A stretch of 64,000 nucleotides of DNA from positions 58,467 through 122,466 of IMG/VR virus record IMGVR_UViG_3300023179_000031; one strand, written 5' to 3'. Shown one piece after another: positions 1-8,527 of the stretch (within the stretch, counting starts at the first letter, position 1; each line of letters begins with the position of its first letter). Origin of the DNA: a virus. The translations under genes and the position numbers were made by a program. The notes under the pieces were generated by a model. It was not told the DNA's origin, made no database searches, and saw only the letters and a program-made list of their open reading frames with translations.

Positions 1-399
1 AAGTTTTTATTGCACCCAAAAGGTTTTGACAAGAGGTATTTTTTCTATAATTACCATAGAGCTATAGAAAAAGCCAAAGAAACATCATGTTTATTTATAG
101 TTGAAGGTCAGGGAGATGTTTGGAGATTGTATGAGGCTGGAGTGATTAATGTTGTTAGCATTTTTGGGAAAACCATTAGTAAACAACAAGAAGAAAAGTT
201 ACAAAAGCTTCCAATTACACATCTTATAATATTGACAGATAATGATCAAGCTGGAAGAGAAGCTAAGGTTCAGATTAAAAGACAACTAAGCAGAATGTAT
301 AAATTAACATTTCCAAAAATGTCTACCAAAGATGTTGGCGACATGACAACAGAACAAATCAAAAGTAAGATACTGCAAAACTTGAAAGGAACATTTTAA
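1..399 (+). CDS. dnaG: DNA primase, C-terminal TOPRIM region (5' truncated by window)
   Basis: FIVEGQGDV and LTDNDQAG TOPRIM motifs plus KDVGD; the frame is open to base 1. Confidence 0.9.
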   Translation, partial: KFLLHPKGFDKRYFFYNYHRAIEKAKETSCLFIVEGQGDVWRLYEAGVINVVSIFGKTISKQQEEKLQKLPITHLIILTDNDQAGREAKVQIKRQLSRMYKLTFPKMSTKDVGDMTTEQIKSKILQNLKGTF

Positions 400-1142
400 T
401 GGCTAAGATAATTGGTATTTCTGGTAAGAAGCAGTCTGGTAAAAATACTGCTGCAAACTACATCAATGGAACTATTTTAAAGTCAAAGGGGATGGTTGAA
501 AATTTTTACATTGATGATGAAGGAAATCTTGGTATTAAAACAACTGATCAACTTGGTCAAGCTGGTTATGGCATACTAGATGTAACTAGAAAAGATGCGG
601 AATTCGTTGAGTATGCTGAGAAGGAAATGTGGCCTTTTATTAAGGTGTACCATTTTGCAGACGCTCTTAAGGAAATATCGGCCTCTTTATTTGGTTTGAA
701 TTTACAGCAGTTATATGGCACGGACAAGCAGAAGAATATGAAAACAAATCTTCTGTGGGAAGACTTGCCAACACCAGAGGGTAAAACTGGAAAGATGACA
801 AATAGAGAATTTTTAGAATACTTTGGTACAAAGATTGTTCGTAAGATCAGATCAGACGCTTGGGTAAAGGCCACTATTAACAAAATAGTAGCTGAAAGTT
901 CTGAGATTGCTATTATACCAGATGTTAGGTTTCCAAATGAGGTGGAAGCAATTAAGGATAATGGTGGAATTGTTATCAGATTGCAAAGAGATATATTTAA
1001 GTCTACAATAGAGTGTGAAACTGCACTTGATGAAGATAAATTTGATTGGTCAGTTTTTGATCATGTAATTGATAACCGTGATATAAGTATGACCGATTTT
1101 TGCTCTAAGCTAGAGTCTATTAACACAGTTTGGAGCATATAA
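399..1142 (+). CDS. Deoxynucleoside monophosphate kinase (T4 gp1-like)
   Basis: N-terminal P-loop GISGKKQSGKNT, FADALKE, REFLEYFGT and DVRFPNE motifs. Confidence 0.88.
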   Translation: MAKIIGISGKKQSGKNTAANYINGTILKSKGMVENFYIDDEGNLGIKTTDQLGQAGYGILDVTRKDAEFVEYAEKEMWPFIKVYHFADALKEISASLFGLNLQQLYGTDKQKNMKTNLLWEDLPTPEGKTGKMTNREFLEYFGTKIVRKIRSDAWVKATINKIVAESSEIAIIPDVRFPNEVEAIKDNGGIVIRLQRDIFKSTIECETALDEDKFDWSVFDHVIDNRDISMTDFCSKLESINTVWSI

Positions 1143-2164
1143 TGCTAGTAACATATATAAGATCATCTAGTTACAACAATTATTCATATTGCCAAATGCA
1201 ATATTTTATTACGTATGTTCTTGGTCATCAACCAGCTAGTGGGAAAAAGGCTGAACTAGGAACTATAGTACATAAAGTAATGGAAGTTCTTGCCAAACTA
1301 AAAAAGGAGATGCAAGATAATCCTAAAAAACTAAAGCTTGTAGTTGAAGATGATGCCGTAGGGAAAATAGACATCAAAAAAACAGAGTTGTTTACAAAGG
1401 CATTAGTTGATGATTTAATCAAAAGAAGCTTTCATTTCTACACCAAAGACTCTGCACATTCATTTTCTAAAGCAGATAATGGCAACTGTGGCGAATTAGT
1501 TTGGAATACATTGAAATATAATGATGGACAGTTTGACCCTAGAAATAGAAAGATTATTGCAGCAGAGCCACATTTCGATATACCAATTGAAGAAGATTGG
1601 GCTAAGTATACTTATAAAATGCCAGATGGAAACATTGTAAACGGTCAGCTTGCTATCAAGGGAACAATAGACCTAGTAACTGAAACGCAAGAGGGTATTA
1701 TTGAAGTAATAGATTGGAAGACAGGTAAAAGACTAGATTGGGCCACCGGAGAAGAAAAAACGTATGAAAAGCTATGCTCAGACCCCCAGTTGCTACTATA
1801 TAACTATGCTATATCAAAGCTATTTCCACAGTATCACCAAACTATTATGTCTATATTTTTCATTAAGGATGGAGGACCATTCTCCATGTGTTTTGATAAA
1901 TCAGACCATACAAAGTTTCTTAACATGCTGAAAGAGAAATATCAACATATTAAGCAAAATGATACTCCAAAACCCATTTCTGTTGACAGAAGTAGCTGGA
2001 AATGCACCAAATTGTGCCACTATTGCAAAAATAAGTGGCCCGATACTGATACTAATATGTGTATGTACATAGAGGACCACCTTAAGAAGAATGGTATGGA
2101 AAAGACCATTGAGCATTGTACTAGGGATGGTTTTGATATCGGTTTTTATTCTGCTCCGGGTTAA
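1142..2164 (+). CDS. PD-(D/E)xK Cas4/RecB-like exonuclease, probable Fe-S cluster
   Basis: GTIVH, GTIDLV, IDWKTG and QLLLY motifs; N-terminal Cys plus C-terminal CxxxCxxC; ATG 1142 overlaps the upstream TAA. Confidence 0.85.
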   Translation: MLVTYIRSSSYNNYSYCQMQYFITYVLGHQPASGKKAELGTIVHKVMEVLAKLKKEMQDNPKKLKLVVEDDAVGKIDIKKTELFTKALVDDLIKRSFHFYTKDSAHSFSKADNGNCGELVWNTLKYNDGQFDPRNRKIIAAEPHFDIPIEEDWAKYTYKMPDGNIVNGQLAIKGTIDLVTETQEGIIEVIDWKTGKRLDWATGEEKTYEKLCSDPQLLLYNYAISKLFPQYHQTIMSIFFIKDGGPFSMCFDKSDHTKFLNMLKEKYQHIKQNDTPKPISVDRSSWKCTKLCHYCKNKWPDTDTNMCMYIEDHLKKNGMEKTIEHCTRDGFDIGFYSAPG

Positions 2165-2178
2165 AAAAGGACATTAAT

Positions 2179-3036
2179 ATGAACGACAAATTGTTAACTA
2201 TTGGCATGGCGACATATGACGATTATGATGGTGTTTATTTTACAACACAAGCATTAATGCTATATCATGATATTCTTAAAAATATAGATTACGAAATATT
2301 GATTATAGATAACAATCCACATGGTCAACACGCTTCTTTAGTTCGTGATTTGACCCATTGGATGAGCGGCAGAGGTAGATATATCCCATATGAAAACAAA
2401 ACAAGCACAGCAGTAAGAAATGAAATTTTTGTAAATGCGAATGGCAAATATACAATATCATTAGATTGCCACGTTCTTTTAGCTCCAAATAGCATAAATG
2501 CTCTATTGGATTATTATTCACAAAATCCAGACTGTAAGGATATAGTGCAGGGTCCAATGTTGTATGATGATCAAATTAATTATTCTACGCAGTTTGATCC
2601 CGTGTGGCGTGGAGATATGTATGGCATTTGGGGTTCTAATAAAGAGGCATACGAGTTAGGAAAACCATTTGAGATCCCAATGATGGGTCTTGGTACGTTT
2701 TCTTGTGAAACCAAGAACTGGAGAGGATTTAATAAGAGCTTCAAGGGTTTTGGTGGCGAAGAAGGATATATACATGAAAAATTCAGACTCAATGGTGGTA
2801 AAGCTATATGCTTGCCACAATTTAAGTGGACGCACAGATTTGGTAGACCAAATGGTGTAAAATATCCACTTGTGTTAGAAGATAGAATTTGGAACTATTT
2901 TGTTGGATGGCTAGAGCTAACACAAGATCCAGAACATAAAATGATTCGTGATACTTACGAACATTTTAAGAATAAGATACCACCAAATAGTATAGATAAT
3001 ATTTTACATCTAGCTATTAATGAGGTTTTGTCATGA
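2179..3036 (+). CDS. GT-A fold glycosyltransferase (GT2 / polypeptide-GalNAc-transferase-like)
   Basis: LTIGMATY, ILIIDN, RN, DCH (DxH), FGGEE and HRF motifs. Confidence 0.85.
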   Translation: MNDKLLTIGMATYDDYDGVYFTTQALMLYHDILKNIDYEILIIDNNPHGQHASLVRDLTHWMSGRGRYIPYENKTSTAVRNEIFVNANGKYTISLDCHVLLAPNSINALLDYYSQNPDCKDIVQGPMLYDDQINYSTQFDPVWRGDMYGIWGSNKEAYELGKPFEIPMMGLGTFSCETKNWRGFNKSFKGFGGEEGYIHEKFRLNGGKAICLPQFKWTHRFGRPNGVKYPLVLEDRIWNYFVGWLELTQDPEHKMIRDTYEHFKNKIPPNSIDNILHLAINEVLS

Positions 3037-4019
3037 TTGATTTGTTGCCAATCATCAAAGATTCTTTTTCTAAATATAAGATCAGAGATATGCAACTAGA
3101 CCCCAATGGTCTATGTAATGCTGGATGCTGGTTTTGCCCAGTTAAATATTTAGGAAACCCAAAAGAATCTCAAGGGCAAATGCCAGTAGATCTTCTTGAG
3201 AAAATATTTGCAAATATTGTATCTGAAAGAAGACCAGACGGTTTAGTTGATATGGGTTTCAACGGATTCTATACAGCGCATTATAATGAAATACTTATGT
3301 ACAAGTATTTTGAGGATTTGCTAAAACTGTGTAGAAAATACAATTTTATTTTTATGGTATTATCCAATGGAACAACTCTAACACCAAAAAAAACAGATTT
3401 ATTAGTAGAATATCAAGATGTTCTTTCTGGCGTTTGTTTAAATGTTCCATGTTTTGAGCCTGAATTATGGTCAAAACGTGTTAACCTATCTGAAAAACTA
3501 TTTCCACAGTTAGTGACCAATATAAAATACTTTATAGATCATCATCCAATGAAACTATCTATTCAAGTAAATGGGTGGAATAAAGAAAATAATTGGCTTG
3601 ACAAAGGTCCAAATTTTCCAGAAGACTTAACAGATGAAGAAAATGATAGGCAAGTAGAAATAGCAAAGTCTATGTTTCCACAAGCAAATGTATTTAAAGT
3701 ATTCCATTTAATTGATCGTGCTGGATATATTGCAGACGTAATTACTAATAAAAATGCAATAGATCGATATAACGGAAATAAACAAGTTATTGGATGTATG
3801 AACTCATATGAAACTGGCGGAAGACCAGTTGGTTGGGTACATGTCAATGCTCACGGTGAATGTTTTCTGTGTTGCAATGACTACACTATGGAAATAAAGT
3901 TTGGAGATTTCAAAACACAAGAATTAAAAGATTTTTGGGGTAAAGAAGATCATATAAATAAAATCAAAGAGTCTTATGAGACTATTTGTAAAAAATGTGC
4001 GTCAGCAAAATACTTATAG
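3033..4019 (+). CDS. Radical SAM protein with SPASM/twitch domain
   Basis: CNAGCWFC (CxxxCxxC), SNG, and C-terminal GC...CFLCCND...G...CKKC. Confidence 0.9.
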   Translation: MIDLLPIIKDSFSKYKIRDMQLDPNGLCNAGCWFCPVKYLGNPKESQGQMPVDLLEKIFANIVSERRPDGLVDMGFNGFYTAHYNEILMYKYFEDLLKLCRKYNFIFMVLSNGTTLTPKKTDLLVEYQDVLSGVCLNVPCFEPELWSKRVNLSEKLFPQLVTNIKYFIDHHPMKLSIQVNGWNKENNWLDKGPNFPEDLTDEENDRQVEIAKSMFPQANVFKVFHLIDRAGYIADVITNKNAIDRYNGNKQVIGCMNSYETGGRPVGWVHVNAHGECFLCCNDYTMEIKFGDFKTQELKDFWGKEDHINKIKESYETICKKCASAKYL

Positions 4020-4028
4020 GAGAATATA

Positions 4029-4889
4029 ATGCCAATTCCATCAAGAGATAAAAATGAAGATAAAAACTCATTCATGAGTAGATGCATGAGTGACGCAAAA
4101 ATGCGTGATGAATATAAGAGTGAACAACAAAGAGCGGCTATTTGTATGCAGCAGGCAACATCAGAGTGCGATTGCGTAGAAGCTGCTGATTTCAAAATGC
4201 AAGTAGAAGTCTATGGATATGAAGAAGATATTAATGAGGATAATTTTTACATCCCAACACAAGCAGAATATGAAGATTTTGGCGAAGAAACGGAGGAATG
4301 GGATGTTGCTGGAGAGAAACCGGGGTTGTGGGAAAACATCAGAAAGAAGAAGGAACGAGAAGGCAAAAACTATAAGCCAGCAAAGCCGGGAGATCCAGAT
4401 AGACCAGATAAAGATGCATTTAAAAAAGCTCAGTCTGGTGATAGCGAAATGGCTATTGAACAAATAATGAAAATGCACGACCAGCTTATGGAAGTAGTTG
4501 CTAAAATGCAAACAATGCAAATACCTGTAGAATTTCAGGATTGGACAAAAGACATGATCTCCAAGGCTGAAATATATGTTCAGAATGTATACGACTTTGT
4601 TAAGTATTATGAGCCGGGTAAATATGAAGAAGATAGTGCAGATGCTTCTGAATATCAAGGTCGCAAAGTAACTTTGAATAAGCCATTTAGAACATCAAAT
4701 GGCCCAAAGAAGTTTGCAGTATATGTTAAGAATGAAAGCGGAAATGTTGTTATTGTTCGATTTGGTGATCCAAATATGAAGATCAAAAAGAACATTCCAG
4801 AGCGAAGAAAGAGCTTTAGAGCTAGGCATAACTGTGACAATCCCGGTCCAAAGTGGAAGGCTAGATATTGGGCCTGCAAGAGTTGGTAA
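4029..4889 (+). CDS. Modular phage protein with C-terminal DUF6321-like domain
   Basis: C-terminal KKFAVYVK..VRFGDP..RRKSFRARHNC..ARYWAC; strong AGGAG RBS. Confidence 0.65.
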   Translation: MPIPSRDKNEDKNSFMSRCMSDAKMRDEYKSEQQRAAICMQQATSECDCVEAADFKMQVEVYGYEEDINEDNFYIPTQAEYEDFGEETEEWDVAGEKPGLWENIRKKKEREGKNYKPAKPGDPDRPDKDAFKKAQSGDSEMAIEQIMKMHDQLMEVVAKMQTMQIPVEFQDWTKDMISKAEIYVQNVYDFVKYYEPGKYEEDSADASEYQGRKVTLNKPFRTSNGPKKFAVYVKNESGNVVIVRFGDPNMKIKKNIPERRKSFRARHNCDNPGPKWKARYWACKSW

Positions 4890-4916
4890 ACATAATTCAA
4901 ATAAGGAATAAATAAC

Positions 4917-5438
4917 ATGACAAAACAATCAATAGAAAGTTTATTACAATCGCAGTCTCAAGATGTTGCTGGATATTCTAGCGATACCGTAATTGAGCTA
5001 CTTAAAAAATCACTAAACATTCACTGGCAGCAAACAACCGTTATGTCTGCACAAGCTGTACATCTTGATCGCTGGGGCTATAAGAAGCTTGCGGCAATTT
5101 TTAAAGAAGATGCACTACAAGAGCATCAACATGCTATGATTAATCTTGGTAGATTAGAGTTTTTCGACGCTGACTATCAACCGCTAACAGTATCGCCGCC
5201 AGTATGGACTAGGCATGATATTTTAGCAATGATTAACTACAACCTTGATTCGGTTCGCCAAGCCTCTGCTGCTGAAAGAGCTACAATCGTGGCAGCTAGG
5301 AGCGTTGGCGATGAATTAACGGCTAACGTAATGATTACTTTGCTACAAGGCTCAGAGGATGGAATTGAGCTTTATGAAGGAATGTTGAAGCTTATTGAGC
5401 AAATGGGTCTTGACAACTTCCTAACGCTACAGGTATAA
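4917..5438 (+). CDS. bfr: Bacterioferritin-like protein (ferroxidase centre degenerate)
   Basis: WGYKKLA, ExxH and C-terminal LIEQMGLDNFL align without gaps to the Bfr helices. Confidence 0.8.
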   Translation: MTKQSIESLLQSQSQDVAGYSSDTVIELLKKSLNIHWQQTTVMSAQAVHLDRWGYKKLAAIFKEDALQEHQHAMINLGRLEFFDADYQPLTVSPPVWTRHDILAMINYNLDSVRQASAAERATIVAARSVGDELTANVMITLLQGSEDGIELYEGMLKLIEQMGLDNFLTLQV

Positions 5439-5451
5439 TTGCCTGTCGGCA

Positions 5452-5475
5452 TTTTTGTTGGTTGGACGGTATAAT
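5452..5475 (+). promoter_or_regulatory. Possible promoter upstream of dnaE-N (TATAAT -10 box)
   Basis: TATAAT at 5470-5475 in an 82-bp intergenic gap; no canonical -35 at 17 bp. Confidence 0.4.
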
Positions 5476-5520
5476 AGTTTGATAGCTACTGCATACACAT
5501 TGAATTGACAAGGAAAGTAT

Positions 5521-7125
5521 ATGTTGAACTGGTTTCCTCTGAATAACTATACTCATTATAGTTTGCTAAAAGGTTTTTCTAAGCCAGAAGAATTGGCTGA
5601 TAAATGCAAAGAAAACGGTTATCCAGCCTGTGGTATTTGTGACTATAAGACAATATCTGGCGCTATATCTTTTTACAAAGCCTGCAAAAGTGCTGGCATA
5701 AAGCCTATAATTGGCTGTTCTTTTGATAAGTTCAAAGTTTTTGCTAAGAACAAGTCTGGATGGCATGACCTAATTGAATTAGTGTCATCTATAGATGAGA
5801 GTGGTGATTTATCAGAAGATTTATTTAGTAAGATCTTTGATAGAAAAAATCTCATTAAAATATCAAATGTTGCAAGTAAGTCTATGCCAGATAGTTATTA
5901 TGCAAATAAAGAGGACGCAAAGCTGCATAGAATACTTCTATGTTCAGACATGAAAACAACCCTACCAAAAATTAATAAGGCTATTAAGCAAGAAAAAAAC
6001 GCCAGCTTACTCATGGATAATCATGCAGACAAGCTAGATTATTTCCTATTTGATAAGTTTTATCTACTAGATAAAGAAGAATCTAAGGGACTAGAAACAA
6101 CTAAGCTAGAAGAGATTTACAATCAGTGCGAAGACTATGATATTTTAAGTAAGCCAAATCTTCCAAAGTTTGCTTGCCCAAACAATCAGTCAGAAGAAGA
6201 CTATCTTAAGGAACTTTGTCGCATTGGATGGAAGAATCTATTAATCGATAATGATAAAGTTTCTAAGCCAGAAGACAAGCAGAAATATCTAGATAGATTT
6301 AAAGAAGAGTTTGACGTTATTAAGGGTGCTAACCTGTTCGGATATTTTCTAATCGTTCATGATATTATACATTATTGCGAAAGTCAAGGTTGGCTTTGTG
6401 GTCCCGGCAGAGGTTCTGCTGCTGGATGTTTAATATCTTATCTAATTGGAATTACAAAGATTGATCCACTAGAGTTTGATCTTCTGTTTGCACGTTTTTA
6501 TAATGCCGGTAGAAATAGTGAAGATCATATTTCTTTGCCAGATATTGATATGGACGTTCCCGGTAACAAGAGGGATGAAGTTATAGCTTATCTGAAGGAC
6601 AAGTATGGACACGACCACGTTAGCCAAATGATTACATTCGGCAGATTACGCGGCAGAAGCGCAATTAAAGAAGTGTTACGAGTTAATGAAGCTTGTTCTT
6701 TTAGTGAAATGAACGCTATAACCAAAAGCGTACCAAACGAAGCTGAAATCTCAGATCAGCTTGCAGATATGGATGACGAAGAAAGATCTATTATTAGGTG
6801 GGCATTAATTAATAGGTCAAGTGACTTGAGAGATTTTTGCTATATCAATGATGATGGAAAACTAGAAGGAAACTATGCCGAATATTTTGAGCAAGCCATA
6901 AAGATTGAGGGTACATTTAAAACGCAGGGAAAACATGCTGCCGGTGTTGTTATCTCTGCTAAAAGATTGAATACGGTTTGCCCAATGGTAAAGCAGCGTG
7001 GATCGACTGAAAAGATTGCAGGACTTGAAATGTCAGACCTTGAAAGTCTAGGTCATGTCAAATTTGATATTTTAGGAATTACGCTCTTGGATAAATTGAT
7101 GTATATCCAGAAAACTTGTGTATAG
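5521..7125 (+). CDS. dnaE: DNA polymerase III alpha, N-terminal half (reduced PHP, palm, thumb)
   Basis: YSLLKG, GPGRGSAAG, FARF, PDIDMD, KHAAGVV and KFDILG; ends shortly after the third catalytic Asp. Confidence 0.95.
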   Translation: MLNWFPLNNYTHYSLLKGFSKPEELADKCKENGYPACGICDYKTISGAISFYKACKSAGIKPIIGCSFDKFKVFAKNKSGWHDLIELVSSIDESGDLSEDLFSKIFDRKNLIKISNVASKSMPDSYYANKEDAKLHRILLCSDMKTTLPKINKAIKQEKNASLLMDNHADKLDYFLFDKFYLLDKEESKGLETTKLEEIYNQCEDYDILSKPNLPKFACPNNQSEEDYLKELCRIGWKNLLIDNDKVSKPEDKQKYLDRFKEEFDVIKGANLFGYFLIVHDIIHYCESQGWLCGPGRGSAAGCLISYLIGITKIDPLEFDLLFARFYNAGRNSEDHISLPDIDMDVPGNKRDEVIAYLKDKYGHDHVSQMITFGRLRGRSAIKEVLRVNEACSFSEMNAITKSVPNEAEISDQLADMDDEERSIIRWALINRSSDLRDFCYINDDGKLEGNYAEYFEQAIKIEGTFKTQGKHAAGVVISAKRLNTVCPMVKQRGSTEKIAGLEMSDLESLGHVKFDILGITLLDKLMYIQKTCV

Positions 7126-7131
7126 TATTAC
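7118..7131 (+). promoter_or_regulatory. Putative phage late promoter (GTGTAT + AT-rich) for the HNH gene
   Basis: GTGTATAGTATTAC, the same motif seen upstream of structural genes; overlaps the dnaE-N stop. Confidence 0.5.
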
Positions 7132-7161
7132 GTCAAACTTTACACCCACTGGAGATTAACC

Positions 7162-7857
7162 ATGATTACTCATGAAAAATTAAAGCAAATGCTTCATTTA
7201 GAAAATAAGAGCCAAAGAGAAATATCACAAGAACTGGGCATTAGCGAGGCTTGCGTTTCGCAGTACGCTAAAAAATATGGATTAAGGAGAAAGCCAGAAG
7301 AAAGATATATTGGTAAAAGATTTGGAATATTAACGGGTAAAAAGGTTGTTGGTCAGGACGATTATTCTCATAATATGATTGAATGTGTTTGTGATTGTGG
7401 TAATACAATTGTCATTGTGTGCCACTCTTTAACAAGTGGTAATACAAAAAGCTGCGGGTGTGAAGCAAGAAAGCGTGGAAAAGATCGTGCAAACTATCGC
7501 GGTTATGAAAATATCCAACAAAGTTATTGGAGTAGTATAATTAAAGGTGCCGATAAAAGAAATTTAGAAATGTCTATTTCAGTTGAATATGCTTGGAGTC
7601 TATATGAAAAGCAAGGTAAAAAATGCGCTGTAACTGGAGTGCCAATATTTTTTCCACAAACAAGAAAAACTGCAAATAAATCGACAGCATCACTAGATAG
7701 AATAGATAATACAAAGGGCTACATTGAAGGAAACGTGCAATGGGTACATAAGAAAATAAATCAAATTAAAATGGATTTGACAATTGAAGATTTTTTTGAA
7801 TTATGCAAAAGCGTAGTTAATTATAACAATTTATTGGAGAAACAGAATGGCAAATAG
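7162..7857 (+). CDS. HNH-type homing endonuclease with N-terminal HTH and CxCxCG..SCGC module
   Basis: HTH (QREISQELGISEACVS), GKRFG..CVCDCG..KSCGC, and SLDRIDNTKGYIEGNVQWVH..IN. Confidence 0.85.
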   Translation: MITHEKLKQMLHLENKSQREISQELGISEACVSQYAKKYGLRRKPEERYIGKRFGILTGKKVVGQDDYSHNMIECVCDCGNTIVIVCHSLTSGNTKSCGCEARKRGKDRANYRGYENIQQSYWSSIIKGADKRNLEMSISVEYAWSLYEKQGKKCAVTGVPIFFPQTRKTANKSTASLDRIDNTKGYIEGNVQWVHKKINQIKMDLTIEDFFELCKSVVNYNNLLEKQNGK

Positions 7858-8527
7858 AGATTTTGTCGTGTTCGATTTTGAAACGGGAAGTAGGAATCCT
7901 CACAGAACTCAGCCAACACAAATTGCAGCATTAGCTATTGATGGTCGCAATCTATCTGTTAAGGGTCAATTTAATAGTGAGATTAAGCCCATATTTGAGG
8001 ATGAGTTAGCTATTGCCGCTGGGTTTGATCCACTAGAAGATGAGGCTTTAAAAATTACAGGAAAAACAAGAGAGGGTCTTGCTAATGCTCCATCTCTGAA
8101 GTCAGTGTGGTCTAAGTTTACAAAGTTTGTTGATCAGTATAACTGGAAGGGTGATTCTTTTTATGCTCCAATTCCAGTTGGATTTAACATTGTAGGTTTC
8201 GACTTAATTATTGTGAATAGGTTATGCAAGGAATTTGGCCCTTGGGATAAGGATAAAGAACATCAAAAGCTATTTAGCAAGGTGTACAAGGTGGATATAA
8301 TGGATAATGTCTTTCTATGGACAGAAGGTGATCCAAGTGTTAAGTCTATTAGCATGGATTCACTGAGGCAAAGAATGGGACTAAGTAAAGAAAATGCTCA
8401 CGACGCTTTGCAAGACGTTAAAGATGAGGCTAATATATTCATCAAGCTATTAAAAACACATAGGTCCGTGTATCAGAATATTACTTTTGAAAATGCGTTT
8501 GCCAACGGTGGATTATATGTCAAATAA
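7847..8527 (+). CDS. dnaQ: DEDDh 3'-5' exonuclease (DnaQ/epsilon-like)
   Basis: ExoI DFETG, ExoII GFNIVGFD, ExoIII HDALQD. Confidence 0.9.
   Translation: MANRDFVVFDFETGSRNPHRTQPTQIAALAIDGRNLSVKGQFNSEIKPIFEDELAIAAGFDPLEDEALKITGKTREGLANAPSLKSVWSKFTKFVDQYNWKGDSFYAPIPVGFNIVGFDLIIVNRLCKEFGPWDKDKEHQKLFSKVYKVDIMDNVFLWTEGDPSVKSISMDSLRQRMGLSKENAHDALQDVKDEANIFIKLLKTHRSVYQNITFENAFANGGLYVK

Noticed and set aside
1142-2164. Cas4 as part of a CRISPR-Cas system
   Set aside because: No cas1/cas2 or array in the window; solo Cas4-like nucleases are common in phage replication modules
5493-5498. GTGTAT on the - strand in the bfr-dnaE gap
   Set aside because: It is not followed by an AT-rich tract and points antisense to bfr with no gene to drive
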